NCBI GenBank assembly: GCA_964007735.1
Contig: CAXGAI010000024.1
Span: 1 to 63,710 of the forward strand
Source: an uncultured Rhodopirellula sp.
GTDB lineage: Bacteria; Planctomycetota; Planctomycetia; Pirellulales; Pirellulaceae
Direction: 5' to 3'
DNA: 63,710 nt
In this document: piece by piece, positions 1 through 10,230 of the stretch
Layout: each line of letters opens with the position of its first letter
Numbering within the stretch: position 1 is the first letter of the stretch
The notes under the pieces: model-generated
Seen by the model: only the letters and a program-made list of their open reading frames with translations
The model's database searches: none
Told to the model about the DNA's origin: nothing
Program-made: the position numbers and the translations under genes

Positions 1-2388
1 CCTGAATTGTTGATCAGCGAGTCGATTGTCTTCCACGACCGCCGCACCGAAGATGGATGGCAAAATGAGAATGGCCAAGATGAGCAGACTATGGCCAATA
101 TGGAGGACACAAATTATGACCAACGACTGCTTCCTCGCAGTGGCGCGTTTTTCGAGTTATACAATCCCTGGTTTAATCCCACCAGTGATGCCACCGCACC
201 GGCCTCAGGTTCCTGGGCACCGGCGGAATTCTATCGCGACGTAACGACAGGAAATTTCACCAACGGCATCCGTCTCAATCAAACTACGCTCAACACCAAT
301 AGCAATAACAATCGTTCACCAGTTTTCCGTTTGATTGTCGTTCGTGGTAACCAACGGCATCGGGATCCGGATGCTTATGGAAACAATCCCAATCTGCTGC
401 TAGACGTAAATTCTATTGAGCGCGCCATTTATTTCACTGATAACGCGTTGGTCAACAATGGAAACCCGTTAGCCGCGGAAATCCCAACAGGTGTCGCGGC
501 TGGTAATGGACGCGAGCAATTCTTCACAACCTTGGAATCCAGCCCACTTCTTGGTGGACAATATGCGATAATTGGTTCGAGTGGTCACTACGCTAATAAC
601 AACACATACACAACGTTCATTGGTCGCAGTAACAACGCTCAGGGGGGCGGTGGTCAGGCTCAGCTTGATTACGCCAACACACGACGTATTGAATTGACCC
701 CTGATCCAGACGTTGTTGTTCAAGCCAGAATTCATAACAACATTAATCCCGCAGGCTTTGGCGATAAAACTAATACTGCAATCAATGCTAATATCCCTGT
801 CATTGGCCTACCGATCAATCAGCATATTTACGGCGGTAACACATCGCCTCTGTCACTTACCCTCACGGAACCAGTGGGTGGATACTCACAACGCGTTAAT
901 GCTGCTGCCGGGCTAGACGGTGAATTGGAATTAAATCCGCCACTGGATACCCCACTCGACGTCTCAAACAACCCTGATCCAATCACAGGAACTGGAAGAG
1001 ATGCCTTAACAACCAAAGGGACGACAATTGACTTTGCCGTCGTTCATTTACAACGACTTGCAAATCCGCTTCAACCTTACGACGCCACCACTAACCCGTA
1101 TCGCACGATCGATACACACAGCGTCGATGTAACCGCCTTCAACGGTGTTGAAAACGAAAATCCTGCTCAGGATCAAGGTTTATCTGCCGGCGATTATCGA
1201 TTTCACTCTCACCAACGAGGTGATGCTGATGTGATCGCAGCGGTAATGGGGGGACAACCTAGACGTAACCTATGGAAATATGAACCAGTCAGTGCCGGCA
1301 TACCTGCTGGCGCAGCAGGTAATGATAACAATCACATTTTCCAACACAGCCTACAGATCACTTTGGGGTATCTCAACAGTACGTATGGAAATCCTCGTCC
1401 TAACGGCACACCAGATGCAACTACACCATTTCCATCATTGCAATGGAACAACCGACCATTTGTCTCCAGCCTGGGATTGATGCAGGTCCCCTACAGTAAG
1501 TCATCACGATTATTATTTGACTATTCGCTGGAGCGAAACGTCAATCCGTATACGACGCCTAACAACGGTGACCCGGCTTTAACCGAATACAATCACCTTC
1601 TAAATTTCTTCGAGTCCGGAGACGACACTGCTAACTTCCACAGAATCTTTGATTATTTACATACCCCCAGCCCATTTGTCGGGGCTTACACCTATCTCAA
1701 CCCACTGTCTTTTGGTTCTGGCGTTGGTACCGAGGAACTGCACCCACCATTCAACAAAATCTCCAACTTCAGAGATCCTGGAAAGATTAATATAAATACC
1801 ATCTTTGACCGAGCAGTTTATATGGGATTAATGAATGGTCATGCCGGACCAACTTATACAAACTGGATCGCTTCACGACGTGGGTATGGTGGAGCTGGTG
1901 GTAATTTGATTTCATTCAATCCAGACATGCCATCTTTCTTCACTAATCCAATTCGTCCCACCGGTAGCGGAGATATCGTACCTCTAAATAGTCTGGCAAG
2001 ACCTGACGTGGAACTTTCCCTTCTTCGGAATAATTCGGCCGGTGACCAACTACTAATCAACACCGGCTATACAGATCTGGCAAAAGACAGCCGACGCAAT
2101 TCGACCTTTAAATACCAAAGTGTACAACGACTCGATAATCTGGTAACAGGGCGTTCGAACGTCTACGGAATGTGGATTACGATGGGATATTTTGAAATTA
2201 TCACGGCGCAGCCCACACCGGTAAATCCGGATGGCTACCAATTGGGACAGGAAATTGGGAACGATCGAGGAGAAATACGTCGGCATCGAGCGTTCTACAT
2301 GATCGACCGTAGTATTCCTGCCGCTTTTGAGCCTGGTGAAAATCATAACGTCGACAAAACTGTCATCTTACGTCGTTATATTGACTAA
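1..2388 (+). CDS. 3' part of a very large Asn/Pro-rich planctomycete protein with a GspK/PilX-like C-terminus (5'-truncated by the window)
   Basis: Frame is open from base 1 (CCT GAA TTG...). C-terminal motifs FRDPGKININT, RSNVYGMWITMGYFE and RHRAFYMIDRS resemble giant proteins that end planctomycete pseudopilin clusters; the family link is inference. Confidence 0.6.
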   Translation, partial: PELLISESIVFHDRRTEDGWQNENGQDEQTMANMEDTNYDQRLLPRSGAFFELYNPWFNPTSDATAPASGSWAPAEFYRDVTTGNFTNGIRLNQTTLNTNSNNNRSPVFRLIVVRGNQRHRDPDAYGNNPNLLLDVNSIERAIYFTDNALVNNGNPLAAEIPTGVAAGNGREQFFTTLESSPLLGGQYAIIGSSGHYANNNTYTTFIGRSNNAQGGGGQAQLDYANTRRIELTPDPDVVVQARIHNNINPAGFGDKTNTAINANIPVIGLPINQHIYGGNTSPLSLTLTEPVGGYSQRVNAAAGLDGELELNPPLDTPLDVSNNPDPITGTGRDALTTKGTTIDFAVVHLQRLANPLQPYDATTNPYRTIDTHSVDVTAFNGVENENPAQDQGLSAGDYRFHSHQRGDADVIAAVMGGQPRRNLWKYEPVSAGIPAGAAGNDNNHIFQHSLQITLGYLNSTYGNPRPNGTPDATTPFPSLQWNNRPFVSSLGLMQVPYSKSSRLLFDYSLERNVNPYTTPNNGDPALTEYNHLLNFFESGDDTANFHRIFDYLHTPSPFVGAYTYLNPLSFGSGVGTEELHPPFNKISNFRDPGKININTIFDRAVYMGLMNGHAGPTYTNWIASRRGYGGAGGNLISFNPDMPSFFTNPIRPTGSGDIVPLNSLARPDVELSLLRNNSAGDQLLINTGYTDLAKDSRRNSTFKYQSVQRLDNLVTGRSNVYGMWITMGYFEIITAQPTPVNPDGYQLGQEIGNDRGEIRRHRAFYMIDRSIPAAFEPGENHNVDKTVILRRYID

Positions 2389-2414
2389 ACTGTGAGACGC
2401 TGCCGGACAAGCTC

Positions 2415-2443
2415 CAACGATCAACCCAGGTGTTTGATCGTTG
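2415..2443. terminator. 10-bp perfect inverted repeat (possible terminator or operator)
   Basis: CAACGATCAA-N9-TTGATCGTTG, 26 nt after the stop codon; no U-tract. Confidence 0.3.
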
Positions 2444-2506
2444 AACAATTAGGTAATGTCACAGATAATAGCGGAAGCGTTCGTTTTGTAGACTCTTTGG
2501 AGTTCT

Positions 2507-4471
2507 GTGGTGTCTTCTGATTCCGGCAGTCATTTTGATTTAGTCCCCATGACGGGCCCTGCTGCGCACACCGATCGTCCGGAAATGATCGCGTTTTCGC
2601 TTCAATCTAACTTACCCCTGCCGGACGTCGCCGAATTACCGGATGTCACTCTGTCCGACACTGCCGAAGAGCGGCCTGGCGAGGATATTGTTCCTGAAAC
2701 CGTTGGTACCAATCCAAATGTTCCGATGCGTATTGGTTCCATTTGGCTCGACGGCGAAAGCCTTATGTGCTCATGCCCTGAGTGCCTGGCACCTATAACC
2801 ATCCGTCACTGGCTGATGGTCGCGGATTGTTGGAACTGTGGCACGGCTGTCCTGCTCAGTGCCGAGCAGGAATTAGCCGTCAAATCATTAATCAAGAAGA
2901 CAGGCGGTGAGGAGCCGCAGGTACTTCGCAAATCCTCGAAAGTAACTACCACTCGCGATTCCAACCTGCCGTACTATCCGGCCGCGGTTCCTAGTGAGGC
3001 TGCCTCCCGATTACGCACCATGCTGGTTTACGAGGACAAACTACATTGGACTCGTCGTGCCATCAACCAGACACCGGCCTGGATCATCAGCCTGCTTGCG
3101 CACATTATGGTCCTCATCCTTCTGGGACTACTATACGACGTGGAAAACGATGACGGCGAGTACATCACGTTATCGGTCGTTGTAGGAGACGCCGATCGCG
3201 AAGGAGGGAATGTCACGAACCTAACACCGGAGGCAGAAGACAATTATGACCTTCCTCCGCCAGACAATATTGATCCTAATAATCCTGAGGAAATGGAAAA
3301 GGTGAATCAAGATCGCGAAGTCGCAGAGCAACTTCAGCAGGACTTTGATACTGACAATCCTAATCTACCGGATATCGATTCGGTCAAACGACGTATTAAT
3401 GAGGCGACAGGAACCAACAAAACGATTCTCGCGCGTGACCCCCGAGTTCGTAAACAGGTCGTAGCCCGGGAAGGCGGAACCTCTGCAACCGAAGCGGCCG
3501 TTGCACGTGGCCTCGAGTGGCTCGCACGCCATCAGGAACCGGGAGGATACTGGAGCTTACATAAATTTAATGAGCACGCAGGCTGCACATGTCAAAATCC
3601 GGGTCGGGTAATTACAGATGCCGGTGCAACCTCATTGGCATTGCTTCCATTCCTGGGAGCAGGGCAAACACACATTGCGGGGATGTATAAAGATGAAGTG
3701 CGATCAGGCCTGGACTACCTGTTAGAAAATCAGGCTACCGACGGGGACCTGAGTGCGGGAGCCCGAGGCAACACCCGTATGTACACGCACGGGCAGGCTG
3801 CGATTGTTCTCTGCGAAGCCTATATGATGTCTGGAGACCAACGCCTAAAACAACCGGCTCAGAATGCCATTACCTTCATTATCGCATCGCAACACCAGCA
3901 GGGCGGCTGGCGTTATAACCCGGGACAGGCCGGCGATACGAGTGTTGTGGGGTGGCAGATCATGGCGTTGCAGTCTGCACGGGCCGCTGGTCTTCAGGTT
4001 CCAAATTCTGTACTTCAAAAGACCAATCAGTTCCTGAATAGTGTTCAGGCACCTAATCAACTCTACGCCTACCAACCTCGGGTTTCCCCAACACATGTTA
4101 TGACGGCCGAAGCGATCCTTTGTCGCTATTACTTAGGTCATGGGCGGAAGGCGTCCACCATCGACACGGGTATCAACTACCTTATCGACAATCACTTACC
4201 GAATCGCGGCGGGATGAACATTTATTACCTCTATTACGGCACTCAGGTGATGCACCACTACGGGGGCCCTGAATGGGATTTGTGGAATGAACAAATGCGA
4301 GAATTACTGATCGGCACCCAACATACTGATGGACATCGCCGAGGCAGTTGGACACCGAAAGAGAATCATGACCTTCAAGGAGGCCGTCTTTATGCCACAG
4401 CAATGGCCGTCTGTTGTTTAGAGGTGTACTACAGACATCTGCCAATTTTCCGCAAATTTGAAGTCCGGTAA
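2507..4471 (+). CDS. Membrane-anchored prenyltransferase/squalene oxidase repeat protein with N-terminal Zn-ribbon
   Basis: CSCPEC...CWNC motif, TM helix AWIISLLAHIMVLILLGLL, QW-type repeats (WLARHQEPGGYW, SQHQQGGWRY, GDTSVVGWQIMAL, YYLYYGTQ), C-terminal LEVYYRHLP. Confidence 0.8.
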   Translation: MVSSDSGSHFDLVPMTGPAAHTDRPEMIAFSLQSNLPLPDVAELPDVTLSDTAEERPGEDIVPETVGTNPNVPMRIGSIWLDGESLMCSCPECLAPITIRHWLMVADCWNCGTAVLLSAEQELAVKSLIKKTGGEEPQVLRKSSKVTTTRDSNLPYYPAAVPSEAASRLRTMLVYEDKLHWTRRAINQTPAWIISLLAHIMVLILLGLLYDVENDDGEYITLSVVVGDADREGGNVTNLTPEAEDNYDLPPPDNIDPNNPEEMEKVNQDREVAEQLQQDFDTDNPNLPDIDSVKRRINEATGTNKTILARDPRVRKQVVAREGGTSATEAAVARGLEWLARHQEPGGYWSLHKFNEHAGCTCQNPGRVITDAGATSLALLPFLGAGQTHIAGMYKDEVRSGLDYLLENQATDGDLSAGARGNTRMYTHGQAAIVLCEAYMMSGDQRLKQPAQNAITFIIASQHQQGGWRYNPGQAGDTSVVGWQIMALQSARAAGLQVPNSVLQKTNQFLNSVQAPNQLYAYQPRVSPTHVMTAEAILCRYYLGHGRKASTIDTGINYLIDNHLPNRGGMNIYYLYYGTQVMHHYGGPEWDLWNEQMRELLIGTQHTDGHRRGSWTPKENHDLQGGRLYATAMAVCCLEVYYRHLPIFRKFEVR

Positions 4472-4482
4472 GGCCCGGTTAA

Positions 4483-7400
4483 CTACTTGTTGCCCTTGAG
4501 GAAATTAGGTGGTTTGAATTCCACCGGATCGTCCTCTTTCTTACCATCTCCGTTGGGATTCAGATTAAGTCCTCCCGGTTTGGGATTTCCCAATATGATT
4601 TTATTGCCAACCTGCCCTCCGTTGGGATTGGCAACGGCATTCGGGTTTTGATTCAGGTTTGCATTAGCTTCTGCCTCTTTTTCGATCTTTAGCTGATCGA
4701 TCGGAACAGCCCCGTTAGCCGCTGACGAAATATCAATCAACATATATCCGGACCAGAAGAAAGGATGAGACGTATCAATCGGAGCATCAAAATCACGGGC
4801 ACGGGGTTCTTTATCTGCTGCTGACTGTCCTGCCCGAATCGTATTGATCGCTACCTGCCATGCCTGATCCACTGGTAAGTCACGAGACTTCTCAAGAAAC
4901 TCTCCCATCAGTTTATAAGTGGATTCGCCTCCGACTCGCCAACGGCTAAGAGCCACTGTTCGGGAGCCGCTCGCGAGCATACCGACCGTCGCCAGAAAGA
5001 TTTCATTGCCACCGGCATGCTGTTTCAATCCGGACTCCACGCCAGTGCGGTATCCAGGCAAACACACAATGTCACAATTGCTCCATGGAATCTTCATCCA
5101 GTCATTGAGTGAACTACCCACGCGTCCCGGCGTCACGGACCATTCATAGGTCGCTGCATGCGTGCCGGCCATATCCTGAAACACAATCAGTTGATTGCTA
5201 ACAGGACCTAACTGAGCCCCGGTACCCGGAAACTCCAAAGGGAGGACTTCAGCGGTATTGATTTGATCGGTAAATCCTTTTAGTAACTCTGCCCGTAGCT
5301 TCTCATCATCTTCCAGCGCAAACGGGCCATCGACGACACTGGTTCGGGTAATGGGGCGCTGATTGCGTCCATCTCCAAGTACCAGCGAGACGGTTGGACT
5401 ATAACGCACCATATGGGTTGCGATCAGCGGGTTTTCACCTAGTGGAAGTAATTCGAACGGAACATACCATAGGAAGCCGTCAGGCACGATAACAACCTGC
5501 CGTCCCGCATCAAATGGATTTTCCTGAACATTACCAAAAATTGCATTTTGAATGGCTACCAGGCTTTGCTTCCAGTCCTCTTTGGCAAGCATTGTGGGAG
5601 TCACTTCGGTGTTGGCTTCGAAATGCCCCATGTGACGATACATCGTTCGCAGCGATGCCAGAATGGTAGCCGGTGACCCTATTTTCCAACTCTGATATTT
5701 TTCATTGGAAAGCATAAATCCATACAAAGTACGTTTTGTGGCAAAGAATGAAATAACTACCTGATTAGGTGGCAATTGAGCTTTGAGCTCTTTCATATTG
5801 TAAAGTGGTGGAAAACAAAACTCGGTTGGGTTTGGTTCCAGCGCCATACGCTGTAAATAAGTTTCCTGAGCCACCGTACCTTGCGCGAGAATCGGGAAGG
5901 TCTGTTGCTGAACTCCAACGTCATCTGCCTGCTGAGGAGCCAATGGCAGGTCCTCCACCTTCGCCAGCAATTGCTCTAACACCTGACGATTATGTTGATA
6001 ATTCGGATACTTGTTAAGCAAAGCCTGACGCTGTTGTAATGCTGTCTTGGAAAGTAACTCTTCGGGGCCTTCAAGAATCCAACGCAAACTAAGTACCCGT
6101 CCTCCCATGGGCAATGTCTTGTAAAAACGATGGCGACGGATTCTATCGGTGATTTCAACGGCGCGTTCCACTTCTTTTCGATTCATTGCCAATTCAAACC
6201 AACGCTCCATCACCGGTTCATGATCTGACAAGAGGTACTTCAGAGTGTCTCTGGGACTATAAATCCAATCGATGGGCCCCGGATCCCGTAATACTCTTTC
6301 ATAGACAAGATCCGCCGTTCTCTCGGTGATAGAACCGTTTTTAAACAACGCATCCGCATGTGCGATCTGTAGTAACCACGGAGAAGCGTCCGTTTGGAAT
6401 GTCAAAAGTTTACTCATGGCCTGTTGGCCAGCCGCCAATTCACGTCTTTGAAACGCCGAAAGTGCATTCACGAACAGCAAACGAGCACCCATTTCGCCAG
6501 CACCCATTTCTGCCCGATTGATGACAGTCTGCGCTTTCTTCACTAATGCTTCAGCTTGCTGGTGCTGTTCTGCGGCCACAGCACTTTCTGCGGCAGAGGT
6601 ATAGGTCGATGCCTCAAGCCATTCCGATTCGAGACGCGCAAAATTCGCAATCTCCGCGAGTCCCGGAAAGGTTCCGGGAAGGTCCCCCGCTGATTGATTC
6701 TTGACGCCCCAGCGAACAGCTTCTTCGACAACACCATAACCGTTGTACAATGCTGAACTAATGGTTGCTTCCTTGAAGTAATTCGCAGCCTGTTGATATT
6801 GTTTCTGCTCAAATGCTAGTTTCCCCAACTCCAGCAAAGCAAGGCCGGAGAGTTCATGATCCATGCGACCAAACGAAATCGACGACTGTAGTTCAGCGAC
6901 CGCCGCCTGTGATTCTCCCACCGAATGCTTAGCAACACCTAACATCAGACTAACCCAACCCTGTGTCCAATGATTCGCAACAGCCGGTCGTTGTTCCAAA
7001 TTCTCGACGACTCGATTCGTCAGAGGCGATAAACGGCAGGTTACCCCTAGCAACTCTGTCCGTCGTCGAATTGCCAGCGTAAGGCAACGAACAATTTCTC
7101 TCGCATTAATTGGCGTCAGCATCGCAGGCTGTACGGTTCCACCTTGTTGGAGAACCAGAAAATTATCTAACCTACCCCTAAAGATGGTAAGTGACTCCGG
7201 AGTCTTTCCCATGACCATTTGGCGGGAGGAAGGTCCCCAGGTAACTTTTCTTGTGGAACGAAAGCTTTGTGGAAGTACGTTCGGCATATACAGACGCAGC
7301 ATCCATTGCGGGTTATTTGCAAACAGACTTAACGCCATATCATATTGCTGTAATGCCAAACGGGACTGCCCCATTTGATAGAAACATTCGCCCAGCATGG

Positions 7401-7692
7401 CCCGATGACAAATACTATCAATCCATTCCCCTTCGGGAGATTTAATTCGCGAGGTTCGGTTGAAACCGGTAGCTGCAGAACGGAATTCCCCTTCATAAAA
7501 TTCCGTCATCGCAGCCCAATAGTCGAGTCGTGGATAACCGGATGATCCCTGTCCATAGCTGGTCGTCGAGCTAAAAAGACTCAGTGCCAGAAATAAACAA
7601 ACCGCTGCGATAGCCTTGCCAATACGCAAACGTTGCTCACCTGAACGGTTAATTCTGAACTTGATAAAATCCATAGGCAGCATTGGTTTCAA
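4483..7692 (-). CDS. Exported TPR + CHAT-domain protein (catalytic dyad apparently absent)
   Basis: Signal-peptide-like N-terminus, long helical TPR-like region, CHAT hallmarks IVPDGFLWYVPFELL, GSRTVALSRWRV and HPFFWSGYMLI. The true start may be the ATG at 7683 or 7674. Confidence 0.8.
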   Translation of the reverse strand: MKPMLPMDFIKFRINRSGEQRLRIGKAIAAVCLFLALSLFSSTTSYGQGSSGYPRLDYWAAMTEFYEGEFRSAATGFNRTSRIKSPEGEWIDSICHRAMLGECFYQMGQSRLALQQYDMALSLFANNPQWMLRLYMPNVLPQSFRSTRKVTWGPSSRQMVMGKTPESLTIFRGRLDNFLVLQQGGTVQPAMLTPINAREIVRCLTLAIRRRTELLGVTCRLSPLTNRVVENLEQRPAVANHWTQGWVSLMLGVAKHSVGESQAAVAELQSSISFGRMDHELSGLALLELGKLAFEQKQYQQAANYFKEATISSALYNGYGVVEEAVRWGVKNQSAGDLPGTFPGLAEIANFARLESEWLEASTYTSAAESAVAAEQHQQAEALVKKAQTVINRAEMGAGEMGARLLFVNALSAFQRRELAAGQQAMSKLLTFQTDASPWLLQIAHADALFKNGSITERTADLVYERVLRDPGPIDWIYSPRDTLKYLLSDHEPVMERWFELAMNRKEVERAVEITDRIRRHRFYKTLPMGGRVLSLRWILEGPEELLSKTALQQRQALLNKYPNYQHNRQVLEQLLAKVEDLPLAPQQADDVGVQQQTFPILAQGTVAQETYLQRMALEPNPTEFCFPPLYNMKELKAQLPPNQVVISFFATKRTLYGFMLSNEKYQSWKIGSPATILASLRTMYRHMGHFEANTEVTPTMLAKEDWKQSLVAIQNAIFGNVQENPFDAGRQVVIVPDGFLWYVPFELLPLGENPLIATHMVRYSPTVSLVLGDGRNQRPITRTSVVDGPFALEDDEKLRAELLKGFTDQINTAEVLPLEFPGTGAQLGPVSNQLIVFQDMAGTHAATYEWSVTPGRVGSSLNDWMKIPWSNCDIVCLPGYRTGVESGLKQHAGGNEIFLATVGMLASGSRTVALSRWRVGGESTYKLMGEFLEKSRDLPVDQAWQVAINTIRAGQSAADKEPRARDFDAPIDTSHPFFWSGYMLIDISSAANGAVPIDQLKIEKEAEANANLNQNPNAVANPNGGQVGNKIILGNPKPGGLNLNPNGDGKKEDDPVEFKPPNFLKGNK

Positions 7693-8073
7693 CCCCCTGC
7701 TAATATCTGGGCATTCCTGATTAAAAAATGAGTCGGTCGACTCCTTTCAGGCACTTCACACCACTTCTATTATCGGAGATTGCTGGTTCAGTGACTAAGT
7801 GGCATCTATCAATGATAGAAAGTGCACCGCTATTAATTCCAGTAAATTACGCAGCTTATCAGCAAGCGTTTTCCCTAGCTTATCTATTTGACCTATCCAA
7901 CAATCTGAAGGTCCGGAATGAAACTCAAATTCAACTTCTAAATATTTATCAAGTTTTCAGACAATTAGGTCAAAGAAGCCGCTCACCACGGACGATTTGG
8001 AATCAAGTCAAAAGCCGAATTTCTCATTCAATGCCTAAGCCTCTTCCACAGCGAAGGGGATCGAGTTTGAACC

Positions 8074-8304
8074 ATGTCCAGCAAATCAAAACAACTATTA
8101 TTCAAAACCTGTACTGTTTTAGCCGTTGTAGGTCTGAGTGCGTTCACTGGTTGCCAAAGCCAAATTGGCGGTCAAACGCTGCCTAGTCCTCACTACCTTA
8201 CAGACGACGTCCAATACTTCGCTCCAACGGGCGAAATGAAGCTTCAACGCCAAGCGGCAGTCATGCAGGAATACGAGGCACAACGCGACGCCGCAAGTAA
8301 CTAA
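8074..8304 (+). CDS. Small planctomycete-type lipoprotein
   Basis: Signal peptide with lipobox AFTGC, followed by GGQTLPSPHYLTDDVQYF; strong hairpin downstream. Confidence 0.75.
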   Translation: MSSKSKQLLFKTCTVLAVVGLSAFTGCQSQIGGQTLPSPHYLTDDVQYFAPTGEMKLQRQAAVMQEYEAQRDAASN

Positions 8305-8364
8305 CAAGTCAAATCATCTATCTCGAAATTTCCCCCCTCCATTCGGGATAGTTGACAGACGATC

Positions 8365-8405
8365 GAAAACCACCTTTCAATTCTGGGAATCGGAAGGTGG
8401 TTTTC
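8365..8405. terminator. Bidirectional intrinsic terminator between convergent genes
   Basis: GAAAACCACCTT...AAGGTGGTTTTC, long stem with A-run and T-run ends. Confidence 0.7.
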
Positions 8406-8455
8406 ATCTGCGCTGATAGAAAACGCATTCCTGAGTCACAAGCATTTGGCTAGAT

Positions 8456-9343
8456 TCACTTTAGAATCTCATGCAATTGGAAATGGAATTTCCCAAGTTT
8501 GCCACCGTAATTACCGGCACCAATCCGAATGACGTTTTCGCCGGCGGCAGCCACCATAGCAGCTTTCATTGCTTCCGCCACAACCTCTTGAGAAACTCCG
8601 TCCACGACGATTTCATAAGCTGCGACTGTTTCCGGATGTAGTTTGGATTCGACGCGTCCACGCAGCGTTGGGCAATAAGCATCAGAGGTTGATGCCGGTA
8701 ACGTTTTATAAATTGAGCCAACTTTACTTCCGCTGCGTGCCACACCGCCCGGAAAAGGAGCAATCGCGCCTGCTGTTTTAGCAACAGCCTCAGCACCGCG
8801 CCGAGCCGCAGCCAACGCTGAGGTTTTACATGTCCCCTGAAGAATAATATTTCCTCCGGCGACACCTGCTCTTACGTTGAGCATATCCTGCACCAAAAAT
8901 TCACCATCCATCACCGGAATTCTCCAGTGACGATCGTCACCCAGAATCTTTGCTTTCTGAAAACCATCGCCGAAGAATCGGATTTGTTTACCCAAAGCCA
9001 CTTGTTTGTCGCCGTCGGACAGGCCATCGTAAACCGCCGTAGAGGGGCAGGTCATGACACATTGTCCAACTCTGTTGGGTACAGCTTTTTGTAAGCCGTC
9101 GGTGGAAAAGCCAAAGATCAGAACCGCTGCACCCATTCGACCGTCCGGGGTTTGCTCTGCTGACAAATATTGTTCGACTCCGGTTTCCGCGTCACAAGCT
9201 ATCACGGAGGAGCTATAACCGGTAAGCTCCTTCAATCCAGCTTCCAGCCAATACTCATCATCTGCCGTAATGATCAACCGGACATATTTCATTCCGAATG
9301 CTTCGGCAAAAGTATCTTCTATTTCGGTATCACCGATCTTCAC
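8456..9343 (-). CDS. fhcD: Formylmethanofuran--tetrahydromethanopterin N-formyltransferase (Ftr/FhcD)
   Basis: IEDTFAEAF, SVIACDAE, RVGQCVMTCP, RFFGDGFQ, GVAGGN, PFPGGVARSGSKVGS, GNYGGKLG. Confidence 0.95.
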   Translation of the reverse strand: MKIGDTEIEDTFAEAFGMKYVRLIITADDEYWLEAGLKELTGYSSSVIACDAETGVEQYLSAEQTPDGRMGAAVLIFGFSTDGLQKAVPNRVGQCVMTCPSTAVYDGLSDGDKQVALGKQIRFFGDGFQKAKILGDDRHWRIPVMDGEFLVQDMLNVRAGVAGGNIILQGTCKTSALAAARRGAEAVAKTAGAIAPFPGGVARSGSKVGSIYKTLPASTSDAYCPTLRGRVESKLHPETVAAYEIVVDGVSQEVVAEAMKAAMVAAAGENVIRIGAGNYGGKLGKFHFQLHEILK

Positions 9344-9602
9344 GGATGTGCTCTCCAGAGTCTCAGATCCTGCTTCAAAGCAGGCAAAGGTTTATATAAT
9401 AATGATGACTACAGGCTACTGGCTTGCCAAGTAGCTAGTGAATCGGCAGATTGATTCTTCCAATTCAAAATCAGCAGATATAATAGGGAACGTCGACCTT
9501 TTTATTGAGTTGAGTTTAGATGTTTTGTCGAATTCAATATCCTCGGAACATTACAATCAGCAGAATTTTCCTGATTTTCTCAAAGATATAAAGATATAAG
9601 AG

Positions 9603-10226
9603 ATGAGTGACAAATTTGACGCCTATAGAATCTGGCTGGGGATTCCGCCAGAACATCAGCCTCCGAATCACTATCAATTGCTGGGCATTGGAGAATTCGA
9701 ATCCAATCCAGATGTGATTGAGAACGCTGCTGACCGTCAAATGGCTCATGTCAGAACGTATCAAACAGGGCCGAACAGCGATGATTCCCAACGTCTACTT
9801 AATGAAATTACTCAAGCTAAGCTCTGCTTATTAAAATCGGATAGTCGAGCGGCTTACGAAGCAAAGCTACGAGCCCAAAAACCGGTAACTGCTCCCATTA
9901 CTGAGCAAGCCATTCCAGTCAGGCCCACGGCTCATCCAGCGATGGCACCCATGGCCAGTCCGACGGCTATTCCGGTCGGTCGAAGTGCAAAGACTTTAAA
10001 TGCTGCGCCAGTCGAAACGGCAATTCCCGTACGAGTAGATAATCCTACAGCTCACCTCCCGAGCGTCGCTCATCCAAATGCCAAGTCAGTAACGCGTCGT
10101 GCCCGCAGTCGGCGAGGAAACGCCGGAGTACCATGGATTCTAATTCTAGGGATATTATGCGGAGTAGGCTCTGTCATCGCGATCGGTATGATCATTATGA
10201 AAGCCACGGGAATCGGGATGGAGTAG
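9603..10226 (+). CDS. Planctomycete J-domain-like protein (no HPD motif) with C-terminal membrane anchor
   Basis: WLGIPPEHQPPNHYQLLG...LLNEITQAKLCLL...RAAYE, then a Pro/Ala linker and a C-terminal hydrophobic helix. Confidence 0.7.
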   Translation: MSDKFDAYRIWLGIPPEHQPPNHYQLLGIGEFESNPDVIENAADRQMAHVRTYQTGPNSDDSQRLLNEITQAKLCLLKSDSRAAYEAKLRAQKPVTAPITEQAIPVRPTAHPAMAPMASPTAIPVGRSAKTLNAAPVETAIPVRVDNPTAHLPSVAHPNAKSVTRRARSRRGNAGVPWILILGILCGVGSVIAIGMIIMKATGIGME

Positions 10227-10230
10227 AGTA

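Noticed and set aside
2507..4471. Squalene-hopene cyclase call
   Set aside because: Single barrel, no DXDD motif, N-terminal membrane anchor.
7728..8186. 152-aa ORF
   Set aside because: It spans an AT-rich divergent promoter region, overlaps the better-supported lipoprotein and has no recognisable motifs.
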